Of a stretch of 56,590 nucleotides of DNA, positions 11,885-24,215 are shown in pieces (the stretch's first letter is position 1; each line of letters starts with the position of its first letter). This DNA is from Octopus bimaculoides. Taxonomy: Eukaryota. A model generated the notes under the pieces. It was not told where the DNA came from. It searched no databases and saw nothing but the letters and a program-made list of their open reading frames with translations. The stretch is taken from contig NC_068981.1 in the NCBI RefSeq assembly GCF_001194135.2, positions 27,649,232-27,705,821 of the forward strand, written 5' to 3'. The position numbers were made by a program, and so were the translations under genes.

Positions 11885-12630
11885 GTGCATCTCATATAAT
11901 CCCATTGGACGGCGGCACTATGCTTGTGAAGTTTATCTGAACCGCTGTAAAGATTCTGAGCAAAATAAAATAGAAACCTTTCAAATTTTTGCGCAAAACC
12001 AGTGATATTAGGGAGAAAAGCTGGTCAATTACTTCAGACTCAGAGCTAAATTCAAATATATAATAACATTTGTGGAAATTGAACGTTCACTGCTTTTGAG
12101 CGAATGAAATTTTTCATATTACGCCATATCTGCCATCTTTGTTTTCTCTTTTAAGTTGTTAATCTTTCGGAAAATGCTGTAATTTTCTAATTCCCCTTAG
12201 ATATCATGCTACGTGATATATAATTATTTTCATTTGATCTAAATGGTGTCAGCCTTTATAGGAAAATGGGTTTTAATCGATATATTGCTATAGTTTTTTT
12301 ATCTCAAATCACTACAGTAACGTTATTAAATTTCAGATGTTAATAAAATATCAATAATCCTAGTGATGAAATCAATAGCATCAAACCACGACAGTCCTTA
12401 TTTGCTACTTGCCATTTCAAACTGTTTGTATCCATTACAGAATTAAGAATTTCTTTGAAAGATCAGTATTTCATAATTTTTAAACTGTAAATGACAACCT
12501 GCTTTAAGTGTCACAGATCTAATATATATCTGACACTTTTGCAGTGGAGTAATATCGATTTGAATTGTAATGTTTTACAAGGATTCCTTGGGTATTTCAT
12601 ATTGACAAATTTTGTTAGTTCTATATTATA

Positions 12631-12729
12631 GGCGCAGGCGTGGTTGTGTGGTAAGAAGCTTGTTCCCAACCACATGGTTCTGGGTTCAGCCCCACTGCGT
12701 AGCACCTTGGGTAGGTATCGTCCACTATG
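12631..12729 (+). mobile_element. SINE family A, head fragment
   Basis: GGCGCAGGCGTGGTTGTGTGGTAAG...GGGTTCAGCCC...GCACCTTGGG. Confidence 0.85.
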
Positions 12730-13821
12730 TAAATATATATAACAATAAATGATTACCTGAAGTGAACAATTTTTGTGTGTTTTCGAATGACTAACGTGTT
12801 TCCCAATCACATTATTTTCAACATAGAGTGTTGGCAAATTACTTGCCTGGCAAGTAGATCTCAGAAATGTATATATTCAGTTCTTTTTATTTATCTATAT
12901 AGAAACAAATATTTTCCACTTCATTAACTCTCCTCAGTGAGAACCACCATCGGTTGATCGCAATCGTTTACTATTAACTAACTCCTGAATCCGATAACTG
13001 TAGGTTTTCTACATCAACTTCAATTTGTCGTTCCCTCTTCGTACATCCTATTTAGGTTAACCAACTTGTGGTCTATGTAAGCGACCATACCAAAGTTTGG
13101 GATCACAACATTTTCCTTATCTATTGATTTAACATTTAACATATGTTCTATCTTGAATTGATCCATATGAGCCAGCGCAGTTATTCCAGGTCCTTATTAG
13201 TATATCCTGAACGTCCATTTGGTAGATGTTAATCAGCTAGAAGTGCACAAGCTGGTTAAAACTTGTACGCTCACTGTCCTCCTATTTAGTATCAAGCAAT
13301 TCTCCTCAAAAACGTCATCCCAGACTCCCTAAGGAACAAAATGTTCCCAATTAGACTTCAAAACGTCGAAGGGAGTCCGTTTAACTTGTCACAGTAAAAA
13401 AATAGACGGTTACTGAAATGAAGCCTTCTTCTTCACACCAACTGTTCACGTCCTGGACAGCCGACTTATCAAGGTTTATCCGTACATCAAAAGCCTGACA
13501 TTTCTGAAATGATACTACTACTGCGTTTCAGTCAGTAGGAACGAGGGGTGAATCAAAACATACGCATTGTAATCCTTAGCAAGAATCATGTGTTCTTACT
13601 CCTCAGAAATCGTGGTTTCTCTCGTTGCGCTAATGATTTCAGGTCGTTATAGACATGGGTTTGCTCCCAAGATGACTGTTTACGTGCATCTACGTAACCA
13701 ACTTTCAATACCGATTCCGTGACGTAAAAATGTGGTTTGAACTTAAGCGAAAAAATCACTTCCCTGCTTCTAGGGCAACTGGGGATTCCGGTTTCACGGT
13801 TGTTCAACGTATCCTCTACAA

Positions 13822-14094
13822 GAGCGCTTCTTAAACTTTTTTTCATCACGAGATTTTTCGCGACCCAAAGTATTAAATATGAAATAAAACATATAAGCAA
13901 ATACATAAATCATATTTTTTTTTTTTTGCTAATCAATATACATATCAGAAAGTAGTTACATTATTTTTCAAAATAAAAGTAGTTTTAAGATGTGTGCGTT
14001 TGTGAAATAACATATAAACTGATATTCAAGTGTTTGAATTTACTTTTCGTGATCCCAGTATTTCGCTTCGCGACCCATTGTTTAAGAAGTGCTA
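13822..14094. mobile_element. hAT (Charlie-like) MITE
   Basis: 15-bp TIR GAGCGCTTCTTAAAC / GTTTAAGAAGTGCTA; subterminal TCGCGACCCA motifs; 8-bp TSD CTCTACAA / CTCTGCTA. Confidence 0.75.
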
Positions 14095-14890
14095 CTCTGC
14101 TACATAGTAGTTTTAATTTGGGAATACTCATATATATATATGACTCCAGCAGCAAATGTATAAAGCCTTCTGGTGTCCTTCACTAGAAATCTGCCTGGCG
14201 TTGCCTTTATAACGAGTTTATCGATGTCCTCTTCTCTTATTTGCACGTGCTCGGTATTTTTCTTTTACGCACCCCATCAACTAAACGTTATCTTTGCTGA
14301 GGGCGATAAAACTGAAAAGAACTTCTGCGCGTTGTTTATTTTAATGTTGTGCTTTTCTTTTTGCTTTGTTCTTGTGTTTACTTGTTTATATCATAGTCGC
14401 TGTTTTTGTTTTAAGTCTTGTTCTATATACATTAAAATGATCCCTTCCACATGTTTTCACATTTATTTATGATACAAACGCTCTATATTTGATCAATTCA
14501 AAGATACTTTCTAAATATACTCTGATAATAGTTCTATGTTTCTACCACCTTCTCTCTTCTGTGCAATATAATTAAAGCATAAATAAATGATCTTTGCAAT
14601 GAGATATTCTCCTGCGTAAGGTTAACTTCCAATCTACTATACTGAAACTATAGTGTTTTTAACAATTATTAATAGCGACAGAAACAGTGCTAATACCAAA
14701 AGGTAATATTTTTCTGTAGTTAAAATGGATGTTGTATTAGAAAATGGAATATTGCGATACGTACCATGAAAGAATCTCACATGTAAACTTGTGGTTCATA
14801 AAAGCATTTGTATCTATATCACTGGCAGATAATAACCGTACGCTGCGGCTTCCGGAACAGCAAGGTCATGTGATTTTAGCCTTCCTTGGT

Positions 14891-15096
14891 CCTGTCAATG
14901 ATAGATGACTGCAGCTAGATATAGCAGCTGATTCCGCAGTCAGCAATATATATAGAATCTCAAATCGTGTACTCAGGCACCGGTGTCGTAAATAGCCAGA
15001 GGGCTATTAGACACCCGGGGGCTATATATATATATATATATCACTGACGGGTAAATCGGCTGCTACGTCTAGCTGCAGATGTCAGTCATTGACAAG
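14891..15096. mobile_element. MITE-like fold-back with TIRs of about 60 bp and an inner hairpin
   Basis: TGTCAATGA...CTGCAGCTAGA.ATAGCAGC.GATT mirrored at 15042-15096; inner stem GGTGTCGTAAATAGCC/GGCTATTAGACACC. Confidence 0.7.
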
Positions 15097-15470
15097 ATTC
15101 TTTTATGCACCGCAAGTCCACATGAGGAGTTGTGTCATTGTAAGTAACGCAACAGTCTGTGTTCCAATACAACGTCCACTTTAAGTGGGAATAAATATAA
15201 TCTTTGTAGATATTTAACCCAGGTCAGCCAAAGTCAAGAAAACCTATGATTATAATTTGAAACATTCCAGGCTTGAACTTCCAATATTGTAAGAGATGTC
15301 TTGGACTGCCTTGTGTAATGTGTATTTCCGCTTTAAAACGGCAGTGTATGACGAATATAGTTAAGAGTAGCAAGTAGTTAGATCTCTAAAGTTGTAGCTT
15401 AACTAATTTCGCTGGGCTAGAACCATAACATTATTCCTGTAAGAGAGAGTTCACTTATGTTCTTCTTGCA

Positions 15471-15667
15471 GCAGTGAGCTAGCAGAATCGTTAGCACATC
15501 GGGAAGAATGCTTAGCGGCATTTTGTCTGTCTGTACGTTCTGAATTCAAAATCCGTCGAGGTAGACTTTGCCTTTCATCCTTTCGGGGTTGATAAAACCT
15601 TGGGGTTGATTTAATCGACCTGCCTCTCCCTCAAAATTGCTGGCCTTGTGCCAAAATTCGAAACCAA
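15471..15667 (+). mobile_element. SINE family B
   Basis: GAGCTAGCAGAATCGTTAGCA head, GCCTTTCATCCTTTCGGGGTTGATAAAA body, GGCCTTGTGCC tail. Confidence 0.85.
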
Positions 15668-15689
15668 TATATAAGTCCAGCCCAGTCTG

Positions 15690-16250
15690 ATTCCTTTAGC
15701 TAAATCGAACTTAATAAGCTGAATTTTAATTAATCTATGTCGACTTGACACGACTTTGTTCATTTTCTTATTTGGGTATGGGCAGATAAATTCGCAGCCA
15801 GCGTTTTGTGTATACAGTTTTAAATCATTCACATAAAGGAGATTGTTTAAAGTTCGTCCATCACTTGTGTAATCACTAGCGGTTTGATTCAACAGATTTA
15901 TTAACAGAATCCAGGGCTAGACAGAAATATAATGGGGGAAAGGAAAGGTTTTTGAAAGATTCATTATCTTGTGGGAATACAATGGGTTTTATTGTCTTCC
16001 CTTTCTCTTGGAGTATTATCGATGTTTTCCATTTTGACATGGCGTGGCTAATGTACTGACTTAGTATCGGGAAAGCTTTGTTTATGTGCATATCTCCAGT
16101 ATCTAGGAGAATGTTATGTATTCGAAGCTTTTGCTATAATCAATCCCTTCTGTGCCTTGTATTTTGTATATATATATATATTTGTTTGTTTTGCAGTTCT
16201 CTTCAGTATCTTGCTCGGTTAAACACGACCTATTCTTCAAATCAACGCAC
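15690..16250 (-). mobile_element. R4/Dong-like non-LTR retrotransposon, RT remnant
   Basis: GIDYSKSF, LSFPPLYFCLAL, LNNLLYVNDLKLY resemble the R4/Dong motifs WIDYKKAF, LSPLWFCLAL, HLLYMDDLKLY. Confidence 0.7.
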
Positions 16251-16294
16251 TTCGGATGCGTTAAACGCGTGTGTGTGTGCATGTGCGTGTGTGC

Positions 16295-16341
<47 letters not shown>

Positions 16342-16449
16342 NNNNNNNNNNNNNNNNNNNNNNNNNNNNNNNNNNNNNNNNNNNNNNNNNNNNNNNNNNN
16401 NNNNNNNNNNNNNNNNNNNNNNNNNNNNNNNNNNNNNNNNNNNNNNNNN

Positions 16450-16572
16450 TTGACAATCGGTGTTGGTTTGCTTATGTCCCCGAAAGCCAGTGGTTCTGTA
16501 AAATTATTATTATTATTATTGTAAAATTATTATTCTGTAAAATTATTATTATTGTTGTTGGTGTTGTTGTTG

Positions 16573-16645
<73 letters not shown>

Positions 16646-16868
16646 CATTATTATTGTGTTTCCGTTTGTTTCAGCCACAGCTTGACATCGGTGTTGGTTT
16701 GCTTACGTCCCCGCAAGCCAGTGGTTCTGTAAAAAACAAAGCGATCGAATAAGTACCAGGCTGAAACATAAAAATAGTTCTTGTGTCGATTTGTTTGCCT
16801 AAAACTTTCACTGCTTTGCCTCAGAATGTCGGCAACTAATGGCTGAAACTAGTGAAAGAATAAAAGAA
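16450..16868 (+). mobile_element. SINE family A 3' half, with a local duplication interrupted by (ATT)n
   Basis: TTGACA(A)TCGGTGTTGGTTTGCTTA(T/C)GTCCCCG at 16450 and 16682; tail GGCTGAAACTAGTGAAAGAATAAAAGAA. Confidence 0.75.
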
Positions 16869-16869
16869 T

Positions 16870-17260
16870 TATTATCATTATCATTTTGGTTTGGCTCAGG
16901 TGCAGTCTTATTCTAGTAACCTTAGATATCCACAAGTTTTCAGCAGTCTTAGAACCATCCTGATAATCTTTGCTTTCCCGAAGAGATAAACTTTCTGTAA
17001 GCGATCTACCGGGCGTTCTATTTCAATCACCTTCAGAAATTTGTCTATACCATCACTTATTGTTCCCAACGCATCAATTATTGTAGGTACGTTCTTTACT
17101 GTTCACATGCTCCAAATTCATCCTATTTCAAAATTCAGGGGATTGTATTTTGTTTTTGATTTTTAATTTTCACCTTCCTCCTTTACGATTCTGGAATGAA
17201 ACAGGCATGATGGGTCTATAAGTAAGCAACTTTGCTTTTCCTTATTTATAATCATAATGT
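16870..17260 (-). mobile_element. R4/Dong-like element 3' end (RLE endonuclease remnant)
   Basis: IDALGTISDGIDKFLKVIEIE...LQKVYLFGKAKIIRMVL matches the IGALG...LQKAALLGTARILRKVL motif; ends in TAA-like repeats. Confidence 0.65.
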
Positions 17261-17274
17261 CTAATAGACATAAC

Positions 17275-17378
<104 letters not shown>

Positions 17379-17382
17379 CAAA

Positions 17383-17512
17383 GGCGGTGAGCTGCCATAA
17401 TCTTTAGCACGCCAGGCGAAATACTTAGCGGTATTTCGTCTGCCGCTACTTCTAAGTTCAAATTTCACCGAGGTCCGCCTTGCCTTTCATAGGGGTTGAT
17501 AAATTAAGTGCA
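17383..17512 (+). mobile_element. SINE family B, 3'-truncated
   Basis: GGCGGTGAGCTGCCATAATCTTTAGCACGCCAGGCGAAATACTTAGCGGTATTTCG. Confidence 0.85.
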
Positions 17513-17958
17513 AGTCAAATCGGATAAAAAATATAAAAGTTATGGCCAAAAATATAAACACTATGGATACTTACACACAAAAAGCCTATTGATTTTATAA
17601 AACCATTGCTCAGGCGCAATTATCGATTTTTTGTCAAGTCCATATACTGACATCAACTCACTGCCATGAGCCTCGCATACTCATCGATTTTCATCAAAAT
17701 CGAACAAAAAATGCAAAAGCTGCAGGAAAAATAACATCGTTATGGGAATTTTTATTCAAACACCCGATTGAGCTCACAAAAATCTACGGCAACTGAGCAT
17801 TATTAAGTTTTCGAAAACTTCCGGCTTTATTTGAACTTCAGAGCATGTGATCTACCGATATGGCAAAAATCATTAAAATCGGTTGGACGGTGTGGGCGGA
17901 GTTACAGTAACCCCAAACACACACACACATACACCATTACACATTTATGTATATAGAT
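17513..17958 (+). mobile_element. Probable Helentron/Helitron-associated non-autonomous element (HINE-like)
   Basis: Three internal AAATCG(G/A) core repeats, then a CA microsatellite and terminal ATTTATGTATATAGAT, the architecture of DINE-1/Lep1-like elements. Confidence 0.5.
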
Positions 17959-17999
17959 GTATATGTCGGTATATATATGTATATATTTGTGTGTGTGTA

Positions 18000-19650
18000 T
18001 TTAAACTGTACACTTGTTTATTACATAATGGTAAATAATGTACTAATAATTCTCCTTAAATATATAATGAGATAGCATTACTTAATGTAATTACATTGAG
18101 GCCAAGTATTCATTTATTCTTATACTGAACGATTTATAAGTTTTTATTGTAACTGAATTTATTACTTGAGGTAAAATGCGTTTTTTTTAAATTTTATATT
18201 GAATAGTTTGTAAATTTCTTGTATTGTGACTAAAGGTTTGTTATTTTAAATAGTATATTAATTTCGATATCTAAAAAAATTTTAGTGGATTAATTTATGA
18301 TATTTAGTATTAAGTACCTATGAAAATATTTGTATTGAATGTAAAATAAATCATATTAGTTGTTAAATTTAAAGAATACATTTCTTGTACGCTGTCTTCA
18401 CTATAATGAACGATTATACATTTATAAATATATAGATTGAATTATTAATTGATGATAATAAAAATAATAATAATACATGAATAATTTTATATAATGCCAT
18501 ATTGTGATCAAAACTTTTGTATTGTAGGTACGTATTTCTAGCTGTTTTTCTATAGGTAATTAATTTATATATATATATGAGATTTGACTTACAGAGATAT
18601 TTTTCCTCTGATAAATTAAGTAATTTAGTATTTTGTAAATAGGAATGATGTTTATATAAATACGAAAAAATAAAATAGAACAATTATTATATATAATTAT
18701 ATCTTTTTAAATAACCATACATATTTGTTTTCATTGTGGCACCTATTTTGTTTTAATCTATTTTATATGGTGTACGTTCGAGCTTGTAAACATATAATTT
18801 ATAGAATAATATAACTATTGCTTTACTCTAATTTCGTTCTTTCTGAAAGGCTTAGTAAAAATATGATATAGATTTTTTTTTTATAGTTCATTTTCTCTTT
18901 ATCTAAGAAGTAATAGAGTCTATAATTATCGTAACTGTATATGTATTTTATTTACGAAGTTTTTCCTCTGATAAACTAAGTAAATTGGGATTTTTACTTG
19001 TTGGTTACTTAGAATATTGTTTATATCCGTAATAATAAATTAATGTGAGTAGTTATTATATATTATCGTTATATTACATTATATATCATTTTGTATATAT
19101 ATATTTTAAGTAATCATCCATATTTGAACGTGTATACGCATATATATTTATAGAATAAAAATACTAAATTAACATTTTATTTCCGTCTGTAAAACAATGC
19201 AAAACTCTGATAATTTATTTATTTATAATTATTATATATTATTAAAATGGCTAGTGATTATTTTCGATCTAAATACATTTAGATTAATGTTATTGGAGAT
19301 ATATAAAAACTTTTTATGACCGTTGTAAATTTTCTTGACTTAATTATTTTATCCATTTGAATTTTGTTGTTCTTTCATTGTATTTATGTATTTGACTTTT
19401 AACACCCACGCTCATAAGCATCGGTATTTCGAATCAGTACATTTTTGCAATTTGGCTGTCTTTACATGGAATTTCGTCATGGAATGTCTTTTGAACCAAG
19501 ACCCTCAAGAGACTTGTATACATAGACAGGATTCTTTTTGTAAATCAACGAATAAGTTGAAACAAATTGTTGGCCTTATGTTTTTTAAAAATTTGTTATG
19601 TTATATATTATTTTATATTTTCATAGTTTATTATATTATATTACAATGTA
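18000..19650. repeat. Very AT-rich block with degenerate repeats of about 360 bp
   Basis: TTTTCCTCTGATAAA(T/C)TAAGTAA at about 18601 and 18962; TTTATAGAATAA at about 18797 and 19148. Confidence 0.55.
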
Positions 19651-19802
19651 AATAAATCGTTAGTTTGTCAATTGCATTTCTCTATTTCATTTAATATTTG
19701 TATTTTGTATTCGTATCCCTTTTCTCTGTGGTACTCAACTGCTGCATCAGTGAATTGAATATTTTTATATCCCTTTAAAGGGATTGCTTTTTCCTTCATT
19801 TG

Positions 19803-19805
<3 letters not shown>

Positions 19806-19881
<76 letters not shown>

Positions 19882-19883
19882 TT
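19806..19883. repeat. (ATT)n microsatellite
   Basis: Direct reading. Confidence 0.95.
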
Positions 19884-20954
19884 ATGTTTGACTTTTGTTT
19901 TGCATTTGTACAAGTTGGATCCAAGTCTCAGACCTCAAGAGACAACAAGTTAGAAGTTCATGTAGGTGTTATGCCTAGGGTACCATATATTTGGATTTGT
20001 ACAGTTTTGTTAAAGTGAATGTTTAAGAGACCATAAGAAAATTATGTGTTTGCTTTAAAATNNNNNNNNNNNNNNNNNNNNNNNNNNNNNNNNNNNNNNN
20101 NNNNNNNNNNNNNNNNNNNNNNNNNNNNNNNNNNNNNNNNNNNNNNNNNNNNNNNNNNNNNNNNNNNNNNNNNNNNNNNNNNNNNNNNNNNNNNNNNNNN
20201 NNNNNNNNNNNNNNNNNNNNNNNNNNNNNNNNNNNNNNNNNNNNNNNNNNNNNNNNNNNNNNNNNNNNNNNNNNNNNNNNNNNNNNNNNNNNNNNNNNNN
20301 NNNNNNNNNNNNNNNNNNNNNNNNNNNNNNNNNNNNNNNNNNNNNNNNNNNNNNNNNNNNNNNNNNNNNNNNNNNNNNNNNNNNNNNNNNNNNNNNNNNN
20401 NNNNNNNNNNNNNNNNNNNNNNNNNNNNNNNNNNNNNNNNNNNNNNNNNNNNNNNNNNNNNNNNNNNNNNNNNNNNNNNNNNNNNNNNNNNNNNNNNNNN
20501 NNNNNNNNNNNNNNNNNNNNNNNNNNNNNNNNNNNNNNNNNNNNNNNNNNNNNNNNNNNNNNNNNNNNNNNNNNNNNNNNNNNNNNNNNNNNNNNNNNNN
20601 NNNNNNNNNNNNNNNNNNNNNNNNNNNNNNNNNNNNNNNNNNNNNNNNNNNNNNNNNNNNNNNNNNNNNNNNNNNNNNNNNNNNNNNNNNNNNNNNNNNN
20701 NNNNNNNNNNNNNNNNNNNNNNNNNNNNNNNNNNNNNNNNNNNNNNNNNNNNNNNNNNNNNNNNNNNNNNNNNNNNNNNNNNNNNNNNNNNNNNNNNNNN
20801 NNNNNNNNNNNNNNNNNNNNNNNNNNNNNNNNNNNNNNNNNNNNNNNNNNNNNNNNNNNNNNNNNNNNNNNNNNNNNNNNNNNNNNNNNNNNNNNNNNNN
20901 NNNNNNNNNNNNNNNNNNNNNNNNNNTATATATATATACATGCATACATATATG

Positions 20955-21190
20955 TAGTAATGTTTAGAGTGTTGCACTCATGATAGTAAGATTGTGATTT
21001 CAATTCTTGGCCCGGTGAATACGTTGTGATCTTATGCAAAACAGTTTATTTCAAGTTGCCCCAGTTGTCTCAGCTGCTAAAATTGAGTAACCCTGCAACG
21101 AATAACCGACTGCTGGCCTTCCACAATCAACCTTCCTCAGACTATTACCTCGGAGCATAACTTTGTAGGTGCAGCCTATTAGGACATTCA
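20955..21190 (+). mobile_element. Old CORE-like tRNA SINE (family D), decayed
   Basis: A-box-like TAATGTTTAGAGTGTTG, B-box-like ATTTCAATTC, then GTTGTGATCTTATGCAAAACA...CAGTTGTCTCAGCTGCTAAAATTGAGTA resembling CORE. Confidence 0.5.
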
Positions 21191-21539
21191 TGACCGAAAA
21201 AGTTATTTACATATATATACAGATAGATAGATAGGTATTCATTCCTAGTTTCCAGAAGTTCCACATTGTTTCCATGCTATGCCATACAATTTTTCGCAGC
21301 GTGTATTCTTGTATCCAATCTTCACAACAATTAATAAATATAGATAGTTTAGAGGCTATGCACATTCTTTTGTATTGTAATGCAATATATGGTCATGAAA
21401 TACCAATTTTCCGATCGAATGTATTTTTTCTTTCATCCATTTTAGGATTACTCCACAATACTCCATCAAAAGCGAAATTCCGCTCATTTTGATGAACTCG
21501 TAGGTTTATTTTTCACTAGACTTTGAATACAAGCGCTAA

Positions 21540-22400
21540 TGTCAACCCTCTGAATATTACTTTCACAAAATTGCCCTTCTTCCTTAATATTAATCTAGTT
21601 CTTCCATACCTAAATACTTATAACCGTTTGAATCTACCGGTTTTATGATTGAATTCCTTACGAGGCAATTGTATGGTATTACTTTCCAGTCAGATTCCTC
21701 TTTTTAGTATTAAATCTCTGCACTATTTAACTCCAAATTACACCCTAATTATTTCACTCGATCCTTATACTGCATGCGCTAACCAGTCTTTTTGATCCTC
21801 ACCTTTTTCCGAAGACCTTCAAGTCATCCGTTAAGGGAAAGGTAATTGATTTCACGCTGCATGCTTTTAATAATGCAGCATTCTAAGTAGCAACATTGAA
21901 GGCATCATGCATATCATAAGGAAAAAAGCGTAGAAGCTGTTACCCTGAAATAATCCAATTGTTACTCTAATAATTCCTACCTCACTCACCATAGGAGCAC
22001 AATTTTGCTTTCCATTTAATTCTACTCTTTACAAGTAACATCATTGTATTCTCTTTTGCCCTAAAGCTATCTAAACAGTGTCTTGTCCATGTATTAGATA
22101 TCGTTTTAAAAACATTTTTTATAATCGATCCAAACCATTACTGGATCTTTATATCACTTTCTCCAATCCTGGAATATTAATTTATCTATCCATAATTGAT
22201 CCTTAACGTCCCTAGCATCCATCCCATCATTTCTATGTTTAACTTTAGCATAATTTTCTGCTTTAGTGGAAATATTTCCTGACTATACGTATCGATAACT
22301 TCTACATAATTAGAAACTTATCAATCTAATAATGTCAGCTACATTAGTTTTGCTCAAACTCTCTATATCCTTTGTTCAAAAACATAACTCTGTTACCTTG
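21540..22400 (-). mobile_element. R4/Dong-like RT remnant, heavily decayed
   Basis: KDQLWIDKLI, IGLFQGNS, DDLKVFGK, FGVKxCRDLILKRG, GYKYLG match conserved R4/Dong RT blocks. Confidence 0.8.
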
Positions 22401-23262
22401 TATTACCATCCAGCAAGGAAGCTTCTGTGTAGTTCCTTTGACCTGTGAAAAGTAACAGGTCTTGTAAAATATAAAGGACACGTTGTATATTATGTTGTCG
22501 TATATTGAGTCGGACTGAAAGCTTGGGTACTCACACTTGATTCGGGTATCCTTTTAGGTTTGCTTGATCAACTATGTAAAACAGTTATGTTGTCGAAATC
22601 ATTCTGGTAATGATTCTTATATTTGCTTTTGTCCATGGTTACCATTGAGTTACTTCTGTCGAAATCATTTTGGTAAAGAGTCATATGTGATTTTTATTTA
22701 TTCCCTCATAGCAGTGATATCTTGTAAAACAAAAACAAACAAACAAAAAAATAAAATAGATGCTCGAAAATCCTTCTTCCCTTCCCTTATTCCTTTCTTC
22801 TCTCTTGTTTTCCCCTTTTTTTCTCCCCTTCACTTAACCTTTCGTCCCACCATTACAGACTATGACTAGAAAACTATAACTGTATATAAATGTGCAAATC
22901 CCATGAATATCCCTGTCACAATTTCCTTGAAGATCCTTTGTATCTATAGCTTCACTCAGACAAACACGAAGCTGGCTTACTCAAAATAAAATATCTTTAA
23001 TCTATACATGTTACCGAGTGCTTTCTCTTCCGACTAGCACGTGCATGGGAGATGAAAATGAAGAGCCTTTGATTTTCATCCCCTACAGACCTATTTGGTT
23101 CCTCATTCATGATTTTTTTGCCTATATATACATGTATACATACATATATATATATACATATATACTTATATATATATGTAATAGTTAAACAGGACAGCAA
23201 GCATTAAGGAATGGCAAAGAATCTCAAGTCATATACAATATTATTATAGGAAGAAATTCAAA

Positions 23263-23318
23263 ATCTTACAGCTGTTTCTGGGATATCCCCGAGTATGAGA
23301 TATTCCATCATCAGAGAC
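23263..23318 (-). ncRNA. Minimal type I hammerhead ribozyme motif
   Basis: GUCU-CUGAUGA-UGGAAUAUCUC[loop]GGGAUAUCCCA-GAA-ACAGCUGU-A^AGAU: intact core, 10/11-bp stem II, palindromic stem III, GUA site, 4-bp stem I. Confidence 0.7.
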
Positions 23319-23488
23319 AAATAGGGGAAAAATATGGAAAATGAGAATGGTATATATCAATAAGATGACAACTTAGAGGAAGGGAGAAAAAGAATAAGGA
23401 GATGGAAAGAGAGAAGAAAAAGGAAACGTGCCTAATCGTTTAGATCACCTGTGAATTAAATCTCCATATTTTGTGTGTGTGTGTGTAT

Positions 23489-23550
<62 letters not shown>

Positions 23551-24024
23551 CTCGTTAAGCAAATCTCAATTTATATATATATTTATATATATGCTTAAAT
23601 GTAATTATTTTCCCAAAGAAATTGCATTTCATATTCGTGTGTTTGCTGAAGCTATAAGATGTTCCTTGGGCACCCAACTATGAGTCAATTGTATCTTAAA
23701 GCAGAAAGACCAGTGATATTTCTTTGTCATCTCATTTTCTGATTCCTGTTCTGTACTCGACTAACGCTCCGTCCTAAAGGATATGCATATTGAATTCTAC
23801 TCCAGGTTATTAGTCCCGCAATGCCTAAGCGAAATATATATGTATACATATATATATCAGCAGAATATTCTAATGCTGAGGATGCAATCAGAGTAATTTC
23901 GCATTGTAAAATCGTGGGTTTTAAAACAGAAAATGTTTAGCTACAAGTAAAATGACAATTATATAAAAAAGAATACAAAAGGAATATGTAAACTGGTTTT
24001 ATTAACTGGATTACCTTAAAGATG

Positions 24025-24135
24025 GGACGATTTGTTTGCTCGTACTGTGGATTTCTGCTCGTACTTCAAGACGAGACTCGGCTCGTACAGCAAATTACTC
24101 GTAAAATGGTGCACTCGTACTGCGAGGTTCTACTG
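24025..24135 (-). mobile_element. pogo/Tigger-like terminal fragment
   Basis: Minus strand TA+CAGTAGAACCTCGCAGTACGAG followed by several GTACGAG subterminal repeats; no second end seen. Confidence 0.65.
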
Positions 24136-24159
24136 TACAATTTTTTGCCCGTTTTGTTA

Positions 24160-24215
24160 TATGCTCCTTTACTCTTTCACTACTTTGAGCAACTCGGCTG
24201 CGGCCATGCTGTGAC
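24160..24215 (-). mobile_element. Isolated SINE-A/CR1-type 3' tail
   Basis: Minus strand CAGCATGGCCGCAGCCGAGTTGCTCAAAGTAGTGAAAGAGTAAAGG. Confidence 0.55.

Noticed and set aside
12905-12940. Minus-strand CUGAGGA...GAAAAUAUUU hammerhead-like match
   Set aside because: Positions 10.1/11.1 are G and G and stem II cannot form
13040-13100. AYIDHKLVNLNRMY resembling the Gypsy RNase H motif VYTDHNPL
   Set aside because: Neighbouring motifs are absent or in the wrong order; left unclassified
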